From assembly GCA_964501965.1 (NCBI GenBank), contig CAZCVM010000002.1:1-54578 (forward strand): 54,578 nt of DNA. Reading direction: 5' to 3'. The position numbers and the translations under genes were made by a program. Below the pieces are notes generated by a model. That model was not told the DNA's origin and made no database searches. It worked only from the letters and a program-made list of their open reading frames with translations. The DNA comes from an uncultured Leptospiraceae bacterium. GTDB lineage: Bacteria; Spirochaetota; DYNZ01. This document shows, in pieces, positions 31,183 to 40,504 of the stretch (its first letter is position 1; each line of letters starts with the position of its first letter).

Positions 31183-32571
31183 TTATAGTGAGGATTTGAT
31201 GGATTCTAGTATAGAATGGAAATCTTTATCATTTGTTAATTTTTTATCAATTTCTTTGCGAGCATTAATGATTGTTGAATGATCTCTTCCTCCTAAGTGA
31301 TATCCAATTTCTTTGGTAGTTAAGGAAGTCATTTCAGATATTAAATAAATAGATATAAATCGTGGAATAATCAATTTGTTAATGCGACTTTTTGAGGTTA
31401 TTTCTTTGGCAGAAATGCTATAATGCTTGGCTACTTTTTCAATAATTTCTGAGGCAGAATACTGTTTTTTAATTTCATTTGTTTGGATATATTCTCTTAA
31501 TATGCTATCAATATTGCTGAGGCTGGGGGTGAGGCCATATTGATTTTGGTGCAGTTTGATAGTCAAGATAGCACCTTCTAAGGAACGAATGTTTCCTTTA
31601 ATATTTTTTGCAATATAATACATAATTTCATCAGGAATAGAAATATTCTGATTTTTCGCTTTTTGTTTTATAATTTCTTTTCTGGTTTCTAAATCAGGAG
31701 GTGATATTTTTGTAATCAATCCCCATTGAAAACGATTGCTGATCCTATCAGTCAAATACAATAGCTGATTGGGAGGGCGATCACTCGATATAACGATTTG
31801 ACGCCCGGATTCATATAAAGCATTGAAGGTATGAAAAAATTCTGTTTGGGTTTTTTCTTTGCCTTGAATAAATTGGATATCATCGATTAATAGGATATCC
31901 ACATATCGATATTTGAGTTTGAAATGAGTCGTTTGATTTTTTAATATTGCATCGACAATTTCATTAATAAAAGTTTCTGAATGAACATACAAAACTTTTA
32001 GGTATTCCTTTTCTTTTTGCAATTTTTGAGCAATAGCTTGTAATAAATGTGTTTTTCCAAGTCCTACACCACCCCAAATAAAAAGAGGATTGAATTCTAA
32101 ACCGGGATTTTGAGCTACAGATAAAGCGGCAGCATGCGCATAGTCATTGTGGCTACCAACAACAAAATTGGGGAATGTAAAATTTGGATTTGTTTGGGTT
32201 GAAGGAAATGTTTGGGTTGGTTGATTAAGAGAATAATCCTTTTTTGTTTTTTGCATTACCAAAGGCTTTGAAGAAGGGATATCCGCAGACAATGTTTTGT
32301 TCTTGTCGTAGCTGTTGCTATAAGGAAAACCATCGTAGGAAACTAAATCTATTTTGATCTCTTTGCCAATGATTTCATATATTGCATGAGTAAGTTTTGG
32401 GAAAAAGTGATTTTCCACATGAGTTTTTTTGCGGCTATCATCAAATTCTATTAATATTCTTTCTTTTGTAGAAGAAATTATATTGCTGCCACCAAACCAA
32501 ATATCCACATCTTGTGGATTTATCGAAATTTTTAGATTATTTATAATGTTATTCCATAAATTATCTGACAT
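31183..32571 (-). CDS. dnaA: Chromosomal replication initiator DnaA
   Basis: 462-aa ORF with FTFPNFVVGSHN, the Walker A GGVGLGKTHLLQAI, LLIDDIQF, the sensor regions and the C-terminal DNA-binding block (IAMYL-like ISIYLISEMTSLTTKEIGYHLGGRDHSTIINA). Confidence 0.95.
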   Translation of the reverse strand: MSDNLWNNIINNLKISINPQDVDIWFGGSNIISSTKERILIEFDDSRKKTHVENHFFPKLTHAIYEIIGKEIKIDLVSYDGFPYSNSYDKNKTLSADIPSSKPLVMQKTKKDYSLNQPTQTFPSTQTNPNFTFPNFVVGSHNDYAHAAALSVAQNPGLEFNPLFIWGGVGLGKTHLLQAIAQKLQKEKEYLKVLYVHSETFINEIVDAILKNQTTHFKLKYRYVDILLIDDIQFIQGKEKTQTEFFHTFNALYESGRQIVISSDRPPNQLLYLTDRISNRFQWGLITKISPPDLETRKEIIKQKAKNQNISIPDEIMYYIAKNIKGNIRSLEGAILTIKLHQNQYGLTPSLSNIDSILREYIQTNEIKKQYSASEIIEKVAKHYSISAKEITSKSRINKLIIPRFISIYLISEMTSLTTKEIGYHLGGRDHSTIINARKEIDKKLTNDKDFHSILESIKSSL

Positions 32572-32763
32572 GCTTTGAAAACCTAATCCATTTTATGTTA
32601 ATATTTATCTGAAACCGGCATTCTAAAGGTCAGGCCATAAGATTACCAAATTTTTGATTTTATATGACCAATACTTGGCCTAAAAACAAGCAAGGATTAA
32701 TTTTTTTTGGAGTTGAAAAAATAAAAAAAACGTTCCAAGCAAAAAATAATGAGCTGGTTTTTT

Positions 32764-33375
32764 TTATCGAATTTGTGGGGGTTGATTAAAAACGGGAAGA
32801 TTTTTTAAATCGTTTAAAGCTAATACAAAATTGTCAGGAATTTTTATTTTCATTTCGTTGAAAGATGAAAAATAATAGGAACGGGCCAATTGAAATGTGC
32901 GGATGGATAACATAAAATGATTAATTCGTTTGTAAGATAGAGCACGGTTTTCTTCTTGCAGAGCCAGTCTGAAATATCTCAATGCCTTTTGGTTTTTAGA
33001 TAATTTGTTGTAATATTTTTTTGCCAAATCTTTTCGGATTTTCTGAGTATGTTCATAATAAACATTTACTAATCCTTGAAGAATGATTTTTTGATTCCTA
33101 TTAATGCTGCGTAGCAATATGTAACTTTTTCTTTTGTTTTGATTTTTTTCATGTTTTTGAGCTAAATTAATATCACTTTGCGTCGCATTAATGATTTTTT
33201 GCATTTTATGTCTTTTAACTCCATTCAATACATATTGAAATTTATCTTGAATATACTGCTGGGTGGTTATCGCTTTTTGTAGTTTTGTTGACCATTGGTT
33301 AGCGAATAATGATTGAATGGACATAAAAAAAACCAATATAAAAAAAATATATTTGATATTATTTTGTTTTTTCAT
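32764..33375 (-). CDS. Hypothetical secreted, basic, all-helical protein
   Basis: Start taken at the Met at 33375 (MKKQNNIKYIFFILVFFMSIQSLFA, a signal peptide). The protein is K/Q/N/R-rich with helical periodicity. The track ORF begins at 33429. Confidence 0.55.
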   Translation of the reverse strand: MKKQNNIKYIFFILVFFMSIQSLFANQWSTKLQKAITTQQYIQDKFQYVLNGVKRHKMQKIINATQSDINLAQKHEKNQNKRKSYILLRSINRNQKIILQGLVNVYYEHTQKIRKDLAKKYYNKLSKNQKALRYFRLALQEENRALSYKRINHFMLSIRTFQLARSYYFSSFNEMKIKIPDNFVLALNDLKNLPVFNQPPQIR

Positions 33376-34171
33376 TTTTGATATCAATTCTTTCTTTTTT
33401 GGATAAATTTTCTTTGGACCCCTGAACAAGAAAAGATTCAGATGCCTTATCTTTTACTGTTTTTGAAGCAGTAGTTTTTTGATTGTTGTCCACATGGTGT
33501 AAAATAATATTGTATTCAGGCCGAAGTTCTTTGTCGCCGCCTTGTTGCAATTCTTTAATTTTTGCGCCAATTTCTTCATAGGTTAGATTTTCTATGGCAA
33601 GTTTTTTGTCTCTTGGAGTTCGTGCTTGAATAATGGCCAAAATCGCATATCTCTTACTGCGTCTGCTGAGTTTGATTGCTTCAATGTATCTTTTTATTTT
33701 ATAAGAATAAAGCCGTTTGGAAGAATGATGCGCAATGACCTGCTGGCTTTTTGATTCTGTTAGATCACGGTATCCTAATGATAAATAAAGTCTAGCCTTG
33801 CTGTCTTTTGAACGAATAATGGTCGGAGCTATACGATCCAGGAGTTTTTTGGCATTACTTAAATAAATATCAATGGTTCGCGCGTATAAATCTACTTGCG
33901 TTTCCTGGGATTTTCGAATTTCAGTGTATGTTCTTTTGTAGTTGCTTTGCAAATAAGCGACCTGAGCCCAAAAATCATGCATGGCAGCTTTGTTGAATAA
34001 TTCAATTTCTTTTTTAGTACCAAAATTGGTTATGGCAATATTGATGTAATTAATAAAGTATTTGTTTTCTTGTAAAAAGCGGTCGGATGAAATTTGATCC
34101 GCAAAGCTCATTAATGCGTATATGGAGAAAAAATGGAGATATATCATTAATATAATTATTTTATATTTCAT
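33359..34171 (-). CDS. Hypothetical secreted helical protein
   Basis: 270-aa ORF with a signal peptide (MKYKIIILMIYLHFFSIYALMSFA). Its composition and R/K-Y-rich helices are similar to those of the downstream neighbour. No family recognised. Confidence 0.55.
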   Translation of the reverse strand: MKYKIIILMIYLHFFSIYALMSFADQISSDRFLQENKYFINYINIAITNFGTKKEIELFNKAAMHDFWAQVAYLQSNYKRTYTEIRKSQETQVDLYARTIDIYLSNAKKLLDRIAPTIIRSKDSKARLYLSLGYRDLTESKSQQVIAHHSSKRLYSYKIKRYIEAIKLSRRSKRYAILAIIQARTPRDKKLAIENLTYEEIGAKIKELQQGGDKELRPEYNIILHHVDNNQKTTASKTVKDKASESFLVQGSKENLSKKERIDIKNEKTK

Positions 34172-34444
34172 AAAGACCTCTTTGGTTTGTAATATGATAC
34201 CATGCGATACAATTATTAATGGTTTTCATAGAATGTATCGGTTTTTGTACCAAAGCAGCTATAATCGTATATAGTATCGTCTAAAATGAAAAAAAATTCA
34301 CTAAAAAACACTTAAAGAAAGTGTGTTGGAGGTGTATGTCCTAGCCGTTATATTTGTCTTTGGTAAAAAAGGCTGGAATAAACATTACGACAAGCACAAC
34401 CAAAAACCAAAGTTTTTTGTATGGGTATTGCTGTATTAATAAGA

Positions 34445-34482
34445 ATTCACAAGTTTTATTTGTTTTATTAAAACTTGTGAAT
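34445..34482 (-). terminator. Hairpin (14-bp perfect stem, 10-nt loop) just downstream of the 34513-35340 gene; probable terminator
   Basis: attcacaagtttta (34445-34458) pairs with taaaacttgtgaat (34469-34482). It lies 31 nt past the stop codon. The trailing U-tract on the minus strand is poor (TCTTATTAAT). Confidence 0.45.
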
Positions 34483-34512
34483 GTAGATAAATGAATAAAA
34501 GGTTTTTTAGGG

Positions 34513-35340
34513 TTATTGTTTTATCGTAAATGTGGATTGTGTCGCCAGTTTTCGATCTTTATTTTCACCCAAAAAGACTTTTATTTTGTATTCGCCCGGA
34601 TCTTTGAAAAAATCAGGTCTAAGCATATAGGAGAAAGACTTTGATTGTGGGTCTATATTGTTTTCTATTTGTTTTCTAAACAATGTTTCATTATTGTTTT
34701 GTATTTTAAAAATTTCTAATGAAATGGTTTGAGTGTTAAATGGTTGATTTTGCGAAATTTTGTAAAAAATTTCACTTTGTGGAGCAAAATTGGTTATATT
34801 GTCTGGAGTTCCGGCAGAAAAAGATGAATTGCTCATAATCATAGATGTTGTTAAACCGCCTGTTTTACCCCATGGAGACCAATAGTATAAAAAAAGCGCA
34901 ACTACGCCGACTAAAATAAGTAAAGATACAATACGTTTCATATTTCCCTCTTTATTGTTTGATTTATCTAATTCTCTATTTGATTTTTCAGTGGTTTTAT
35001 CAGTAAAGCTATTTTTATTTTCAGCTTTAGCTGATGGTGAAAATTTTTCCCAACTCGCATTTTCAGATGTATTCCATGAAGCTGAAGCAGCTCCTGTCAA
35101 TCTAGTTTCTTTTTTTTTCTGTTTTGTTAGTTCTTCTTTTTTTTCTGTTTTTGGGTCTTCGGTTTGTTCGCTAGGTTTTTCATTTTCCATGCTTATTGTC
35201 CTTTCTTCCGATGAAATTGGTTTATTTTTTTGATCTTGCATGTCTTCTACAAGTTCAGATAATATATTTTGTCTTTTTTCCAGACCTTGCTTTATTGATT
35301 CATCAATAGCCTTATTAAATTTATCCTTTGATGACGGCAT
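34513..35340 (-). CDS. Hypothetical bitopic membrane protein: charged K/E-rich N-terminus, one TM, C-terminal domain of about 115 aa
   Basis: 275-aa ORF with the TM IVSLLILVGVVALFLYYW. Its start overlaps the stop of the ParA-like gene by 20 nt, so co-transcription is inferred. Confidence 0.6.
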   Translation of the reverse strand: MPSSKDKFNKAIDESIKQGLEKRQNILSELVEDMQDQKNKPISSEERTISMENEKPSEQTEDPKTEKKEELTKQKKKETRLTGAASASWNTSENASWEKFSPSAKAENKNSFTDKTTEKSNRELDKSNNKEGNMKRIVSLLILVGVVALFLYYWSPWGKTGGLTTSMIMSNSSFSAGTPDNITNFAPQSEIFYKISQNQPFNTQTISLEIFKIQNNNETLFRKQIENNIDPQSKSFSYMLRPDFFKDPGEYKIKVFLGENKDRKLATQSTFTIKQ

Positions 35341-36103
35341 TTAATAACTCCTGTACTAGTTGCTTGTATTCTGTTGCTGGTTTACTTGTTGTTTTGTATA
35401 AATAGAGAGTCTTTTTTAATAAATGCGCCTCTTCAACAGCTACGGATTGAGAAATTTTAGTTTCAAAAACCGGCAAATATTGCTTTATGGTAGGTAATAC
35501 AGCCTGAGCTATTGTTGTTCTTGGATTGTAAAATGTTACCAGAGCACCCAGGATATGCAATTCTTTATTGTATCTTTTTTTTACACTTCCAATAGCATCT
35601 AATATGCTTTGAATGCCGTCAATAGAAAATTTTGATATTTGGATGGGTACTATGATGCCATGACTGGCAACAAGAGCGTTGATCGTTAACATTGATAACG
35701 ACGGCGGGCAATCAATAATGGCAATATCGAAATCAATATTGACTAGACTGTCTGATAATTTAAAAAAACCGTTGATGTTTCCTGCCAGTAAACTTTCTGT
35801 TTCAGCCAATTGAATGCTAGAAGGAATAAAATAAAGGTTTACGTCAAAGGAGGACTGATATGCCAATTCATTTGCTTTGGCTTGATTCGCAAAGATTTGG
35901 TAAACTGTGTTTTTATTGTTTGCATCTTTTTGTAAAATGGATGTTGCGTTTCCTTGGGGATCTATATCAATAAAAAGTACTTTTTGCCCCTCTAAAGCAA
36001 GGCCATGTGCTAAATTGATTGCAGTGGTGGTTTTGGCTACACCTCCTTTTTGATTAATGATGCTAAGAATGTATGGTTTGTGCAATGTATTTGTTTTTTC
36101 CAT
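35321..36103 (-). CDS. ParA/Soj-family P-loop ATPase, orphan (no adjacent parB)
   Basis: Has the deviant Walker A ILSIINQKGGVAKTTTAINLA, FIDIDPQGNATS and IAIIDCPPSL. The start was chosen at the Met at 36103 (MEKTNTLHKPYIL). The 65 extra N-terminal residues in the track ORF (to 36298) look non-coding and overlap the divergent gene. Confidence 0.85.
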   Translation of the reverse strand: MEKTNTLHKPYILSIINQKGGVAKTTTAINLAHGLALEGQKVLFIDIDPQGNATSILQKDANNKNTVYQIFANQAKANELAYQSSFDVNLYFIPSSIQLAETESLLAGNINGFFKLSDSLVNIDFDIAIIDCPPSLSMLTINALVASHGIIVPIQISKFSIDGIQSILDAIGSVKKRYNKELHILGALVTFYNPRTTIAQAVLPTIKQYLPVFETKISQSVAVEEAHLLKKTLYLYKTTSKPATEYKQLVQELLNAVIKG

Positions 36104-36225
36104 ATTATTTGCTACAATATTTACTTGATTTATTTTTTTTGTAATAATGAAAGTTGCAAGACAAAAAGCCAAGTACATTTTTTTTTGTAAGTAAGTTATT
36201 TTGCAAGTAGGGAATTTTTTAAATA

Positions 36226-38379
36226 ATGGTAGCATTTCAAATCTTTCGGCGAAAAAAACACAGACAAACGTACCCTTTTGCGTCCTCCCGGGGGTCAATA
36301 TTACTAGTTACGCTATCTGCTGTTGTATTATTGCTGTTTTTTGCTATTGCAATTTACAATATTTATAAAAATTATCATTATTTGCGTATCAGAGATCATC
36401 GGTTAACTCAATTGCAGTGGCAATCTCGGTCTTTGCTAAGTCTATTGGCTCATCAAGTGACTTCTTCTCCGGATTTTTTCTATAAATTGATAGATAGAAA
36501 GAAAATAAATTTGAAACAATTGTTTATAAATTCTGATGAAAATAATAATGATGTGAAAAAACAAAGTAGTCTTTACTCTCAAAAAGCTCAGCAAATCTTG
36601 AACCAAAAACATGGTGTTGTATTTTTAGAAAAAACCCAGGATGCAAACATTTTTGAATTGAAGGTTGAACTATCGCAATACAATTTAAAGGTAGAGTCAA
36701 GTTTAATATTAAAAAAATTTAGTTATAGTGATTATCTATTTTATTTCAATAAAAATTTACAGCTTATAGCCGTTGAAGAGCCTTTGAGGTTTTATGGACC
36801 GATTTTTGTTTCTGGCAATTTAGAGCTGGGGGCTTATATGGGAAATATTTATTTTTATAAATCAAATAATGTTATCACGCCCTTACTGTATAGTGAAGGA
36901 AAGATTTCAGAATTTCGTGGATTGAAGAATCCGCAAGGGATTATATTTGGTATTGGCACAATAGATTTGGATAAAGACAATCCGATTCGGTCTATTTCCA
37001 AAGAAACCAGTTGGCAGGCTTTAAATCAGAGCGATGGTTCGACATGGTTTATGGATCAGAGTAATGGCGCATCTCAAATTGCGTTTTTGACTTATGGTGA
37101 CATGGTTCAACATGTTCAAAAAAATAGAAAAAAAATTCAAAAGTATTCTTTAGGAAAACGAGGAGGATTTTCGGAAATTAGCATTGTCAATCCAAAATTG
37201 TTACGAAAACAGTTTTTAGGCTTTGGTACTGGAAGCAAGTCATTTTTCAATCATAATGCTGGTTATATACCAAATCGAGTTTATGTTGCGCGTATCGTGG
37301 ATAATCAGAAGGCTTCTAGTCAACATATTCATCCTATAGAAGCATTGGACAATTCAAAAAAGCCTGATCAAAATGTTTCGTATGGATCTATTCAGTTTCT
37401 GAAAGATATTGTGCCGTTGGATTTGCCGGATCAAGCATTTGCGGATTTTGGCGTTATTCGATTGGGCGGACGCGGTTGGAGCAGGATAGCCAGAGATTTG
37501 CCTATCAGAGATTTGTATCTCAATGGAAAAACAAAAGAAAACCAATTGAAAGGTAATGATTTTTTTTATGACGCAACAAAAAAGGAATTGCGATTTTTTA
37601 ATGAATACCACAATAGTTATTATAAAATATTAGATGATGCTAAGCCGGATGGAAAAAAACGGGATTTTCCCATGATGAAATATTTTCCTGCTTATGGTTA
37701 TGTGAATGGAAAAAAGAAAAATATGACAGCCATAAAAGGAAGAATAATTTTTGATGTGGCGCCCCCTGCGGGATCAACTATAGGGATACTCACTCAAAAA
37801 CCTGATATATATATCCGCAAAGAAATGCCCGAAACTGGTATGGGTGTATTTGTTGATAAACCAATATATGCTTTGCATGTGGATTTGGGACAGCTCGCGG
37901 ATCCGGATTCAATAATTGTTTATCATTTTTTTTGTCCAATTTATGTAACCGGAAATGCTGCCACAAAAATTGTTATTGTTAGTGAACATGATGTTTATTT
38001 GGGAGATATAAATAATTCTAATAATGCATCTGAAAATAAAGCAGTAACAATTGTATCTAAGGGCGTAGTATGGGCGTTGAACAAAAATGGAAAAACTTTG
38101 TCGATAAAAAATGTATGGCTGCATTCTGCTGGGGATCAGTTGTTTTCTGTATATGCGCAAAACCCGGAAGCCAAAAAGAAAAATCTATTTTTAGGTTCTG
38201 CAACGTTTAGTGGATTGTTGACCAATGCTTTTGTTGAACAATCCCTTGTTTCCAGTTATTTGTATACTATTGAATATTTTGATGGATGGAATTTTGTATA
38301 CGATTCAAGTTTTATTGAGCCAGATGGCCAGCCTGATGGTGTACCGGTGACATATACTATAGAAGGTGTGAATTGGTAA
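36226..38379 (+). CDS. Large hypothetical protein with a PilX-N-like (pseudopilin-like) N-terminal anchor
   Basis: 717-aa ORF. The N-terminus RGSILLVTLSAVVLLLFFAIAIYNIY resembles the PilX_N / minor-pilin type hydrophobic segment. The rest is beta-rich and N/G/Y-rich, with no motif I recognise. Confidence 0.65.
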   Translation: MVAFQIFRRKKHRQTYPFASSRGSILLVTLSAVVLLLFFAIAIYNIYKNYHYLRIRDHRLTQLQWQSRSLLSLLAHQVTSSPDFFYKLIDRKKINLKQLFINSDENNNDVKKQSSLYSQKAQQILNQKHGVVFLEKTQDANIFELKVELSQYNLKVESSLILKKFSYSDYLFYFNKNLQLIAVEEPLRFYGPIFVSGNLELGAYMGNIYFYKSNNVITPLLYSEGKISEFRGLKNPQGIIFGIGTIDLDKDNPIRSISKETSWQALNQSDGSTWFMDQSNGASQIAFLTYGDMVQHVQKNRKKIQKYSLGKRGGFSEISIVNPKLLRKQFLGFGTGSKSFFNHNAGYIPNRVYVARIVDNQKASSQHIHPIEALDNSKKPDQNVSYGSIQFLKDIVPLDLPDQAFADFGVIRLGGRGWSRIARDLPIRDLYLNGKTKENQLKGNDFFYDATKKELRFFNEYHNSYYKILDDAKPDGKKRDFPMMKYFPAYGYVNGKKKNMTAIKGRIIFDVAPPAGSTIGILTQKPDIYIRKEMPETGMGVFVDKPIYALHVDLGQLADPDSIIVYHFFCPIYVTGNAATKIVIVSEHDVYLGDINNSNNASENKAVTIVSKGVVWALNKNGKTLSIKNVWLHSAGDQLFSVYAQNPEAKKKNLFLGSATFSGLLTNAFVEQSLVSSYLYTIEYFDGWNFVYDSSFIEPDGQPDGVPVTYTIEGVNW

Positions 38380-38390
38380 TGAAAGGGTAA

Positions 38391-40499
38391 ATGATGTCTA
38401 AAAAAAATTTTTATCATATTGCTGAAAAGAAAAAATTGTTAATTATTGACGCGCATGATACAATTTTCAAACGCGATTTGAGCCGGTCTACCCAAAATAT
38501 ATTTTTAAATCCTGATCAAAAAGACAAAGTAGAATGGCGATTGCGTTCTGGTTTTACAAATTTTTTGGATTTTTTTAAGGGAATACGAAAAGCAAAAATT
38601 GTTATTAGTTCTGATGGCGATCAGGATCGATTGCATGATTTATGTACTCGATTTGGCATAATTAAACAGATTGATGCTATTTATGGCTACAATCATATTC
38701 ATAAAGAAACTTTTTTAAAGCAATTGGATTTAATTTTGAATGATTTGAATGTTTTACCGGAAGAAGCGGTTTTTATTGGAGATGGAAAAATTGATGAGTA
38801 TTCGGCAAAAAAATATGGTGTTCAATATATAAAAGTTCCCAATACTCTAGAAGATTTAACTTTTTCATTCAACGTTTTTTTTCCCCAGGAAGAATATGGC
38901 ACAGGGCCAAATTTGGAACTGCAAAATTTAGTGAATTTTAAAAAGGTTTATCACAACTGTACATCTCCTTGTTTGGTAGAATTTTCTATCAAACAAAATG
39001 AAGGCAAACTGGCGCATCTTGGAGCTTTAGCTGTAGATAGCGGAAACTTCCATAAGCATTTGGGGCATGGACGATACATTGTGAAAGAGCCGTCTAGTGA
39101 GAATCGTATAGATTGGCAAAACCCTGCATTTGAACCATTTGATGCTCAGCATTTTCATTTGCTTCAATTGAGACTTCAGGCCTTTTTACAGGATAGAGAA
39201 ATTTTTGTGCAGGATTGCTATGTAGGGTCTCAATCTCAACATCAAAAACCTTTGCGCATAATTACCCAAACCGCATGGCATAGTCTTTTCGCTCGAAATA
39301 TGTTTGTTCAAGGAAGCATAACACAGTTGCAATCGTTTTTTCCCGAATTTACTGTGATTCATGTTCCATTTTTCAAGGCAATACCGGATTTGGATGGTAC
39401 CAAGACCGAAGAGTTTGTCATTATTAATCTTTTGAAAAAAATTGCGTTGATTGGCGGTACAAGCTATGCAGGAGAGATTCGACGTGCTATTTATATGCTC
39501 ATGGGATATTTTTATTTGGAAGAAGATGTTTTGCCGGTTAAATGCTCGTCCAATCAAGGAAAGAATAATGGTGATACAGCGTTTTATTATGGTGAAGCAA
39601 GTACTACAAAAAGCAGCATAACTTTGAACAAAGATCGGTTTTTTTTGGGAGATGCTTTTCATGGTTGGAGCAATACTGAGGTGTTCAATTTAGAATGGGG
39701 AAGCTATTTGCCAGTATCCAATTTATCTATGGAAAAGAGTGAAATAATTTTTGAATCATGTCATAAATTTGCCACAATATTGGAAAATACGCATATTACA
39801 GATGAGCGCAGAATAAATTTTAATGAGCCATATAGTGATAGCAATGCCAGAGCTAGTTTTCCAATAACCCATATTGATGACGCTGTACGTTCTGGCATAG
39901 GACAAAGGCCTCAAAATGTTTTTATTATAATAAAAGATGGACTGGGAATTTTGCCACCATTGGTTCAATTGAGCCGGGAACAAGCAATCGTTTTTTTGCT
40001 TTTAGGGTATAATTCTGAGATGATGCATGATTATTCTGAGTCCATTTTTTCTGAAAATGCTCGTTTTTTTCCATTTTTTAAGGATCATCCCTTTGTGTTG
40101 AAGCCTTCTGTTTACGCGCTGTACTTGTGGGAAAAATTGGAATCATCGCAAAGCAAATGTTGGTTGCTAAATAAATCACATTTTGGCAGTCTAAAAGCTG
40201 GAACCGGTTGGTTTACAAAGTCTTATAGTTTACGTTTAGTAAACTTTGTTTTTGAAAATAGTCAAATCGATCTGACGGACAATTTAAACTGGGGATTTAG
40301 ATATTTGAATCATTCTCCTTTTCCAAAAGAATTGGAAGACTATCATTTCAATATTACTAATGTCTGGCCGGACTATGATGAATACTTAGTTCGCGAGAAA
40401 GCTTTGATTTTGAAAATAAACGAAATAATGGAGCCATATATAAAGGATTTGGATCCTCCGATTGTAAATTCTATACCAAAACTTATAAAGAAAATGTAG
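38391..40499 (+). CDS. Fusion protein: N-terminal HAD-like hydrolase domain plus C-terminal ATP-type PEP carboxykinase-like domain with a degenerate active site
   Basis: 702-aa ORF. HAD blocks: LLIIDAHDTIF (motif I with His at the Asp+2 position), VISSDG and FIGDGKIDEYSA. PEPCK_ATP-like blocks: LGALAVDSGNF, ITQTAWHSLFARNMFV, LIGGTSYAGEIRRAIYMLMGY, FYYGEASTTKSSIT, LGDAFHGW, NARASFPITHID and GILPPLVQLS. Confidence 0.75.
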   Translation: MMSKKNFYHIAEKKKLLIIDAHDTIFKRDLSRSTQNIFLNPDQKDKVEWRLRSGFTNFLDFFKGIRKAKIVISSDGDQDRLHDLCTRFGIIKQIDAIYGYNHIHKETFLKQLDLILNDLNVLPEEAVFIGDGKIDEYSAKKYGVQYIKVPNTLEDLTFSFNVFFPQEEYGTGPNLELQNLVNFKKVYHNCTSPCLVEFSIKQNEGKLAHLGALAVDSGNFHKHLGHGRYIVKEPSSENRIDWQNPAFEPFDAQHFHLLQLRLQAFLQDREIFVQDCYVGSQSQHQKPLRIITQTAWHSLFARNMFVQGSITQLQSFFPEFTVIHVPFFKAIPDLDGTKTEEFVIINLLKKIALIGGTSYAGEIRRAIYMLMGYFYLEEDVLPVKCSSNQGKNNGDTAFYYGEASTTKSSITLNKDRFFLGDAFHGWSNTEVFNLEWGSYLPVSNLSMEKSEIIFESCHKFATILENTHITDERRINFNEPYSDSNARASFPITHIDDAVRSGIGQRPQNVFIIIKDGLGILPPLVQLSREQAIVFLLLGYNSEMMHDYSESIFSENARFFPFFKDHPFVLKPSVYALYLWEKLESSQSKCWLLNKSHFGSLKAGTGWFTKSYSLRLVNFVFENSQIDLTDNLNWGFRYLNHSPFPKELEDYHFNITNVWPDYDEYLVREKALILKINEIMEPYIKDLDPPIVNSIPKLIKKM

Positions 40500-40504
40500 C
40501 TTTC

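Noticed and set aside
36104-36298. 65-residue N-terminal extension of the ParA ORF as given in the track (start at 36298).
   Set aside because: The extension has no ParA similarity and overlaps the divergent 717-aa gene. An internal Met at 36103 sits the usual distance (about 15 aa) before the KGG Walker A motif. The shorter model is preferred.
39186-39662. 158-aa antisense ORF inside the HAD/PEPCK-like gene. Similar long antisense or alternate-frame ORFs occur at 50656-51084 (142 aa), 48038-48412 (124 aa), 5178-5543 (121 aa) and 50501-50833 (110 aa).
   Set aside because: Their translations are low-complexity, Cys/Phe/Ile-rich junk with no motifs. In each case the opposite-strand or other-frame ORF carries clear family motifs (PEPCK blocks, the radical SAM Cys cluster, DAGK motifs, PilZ motifs). 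They are treated as chance open frames.
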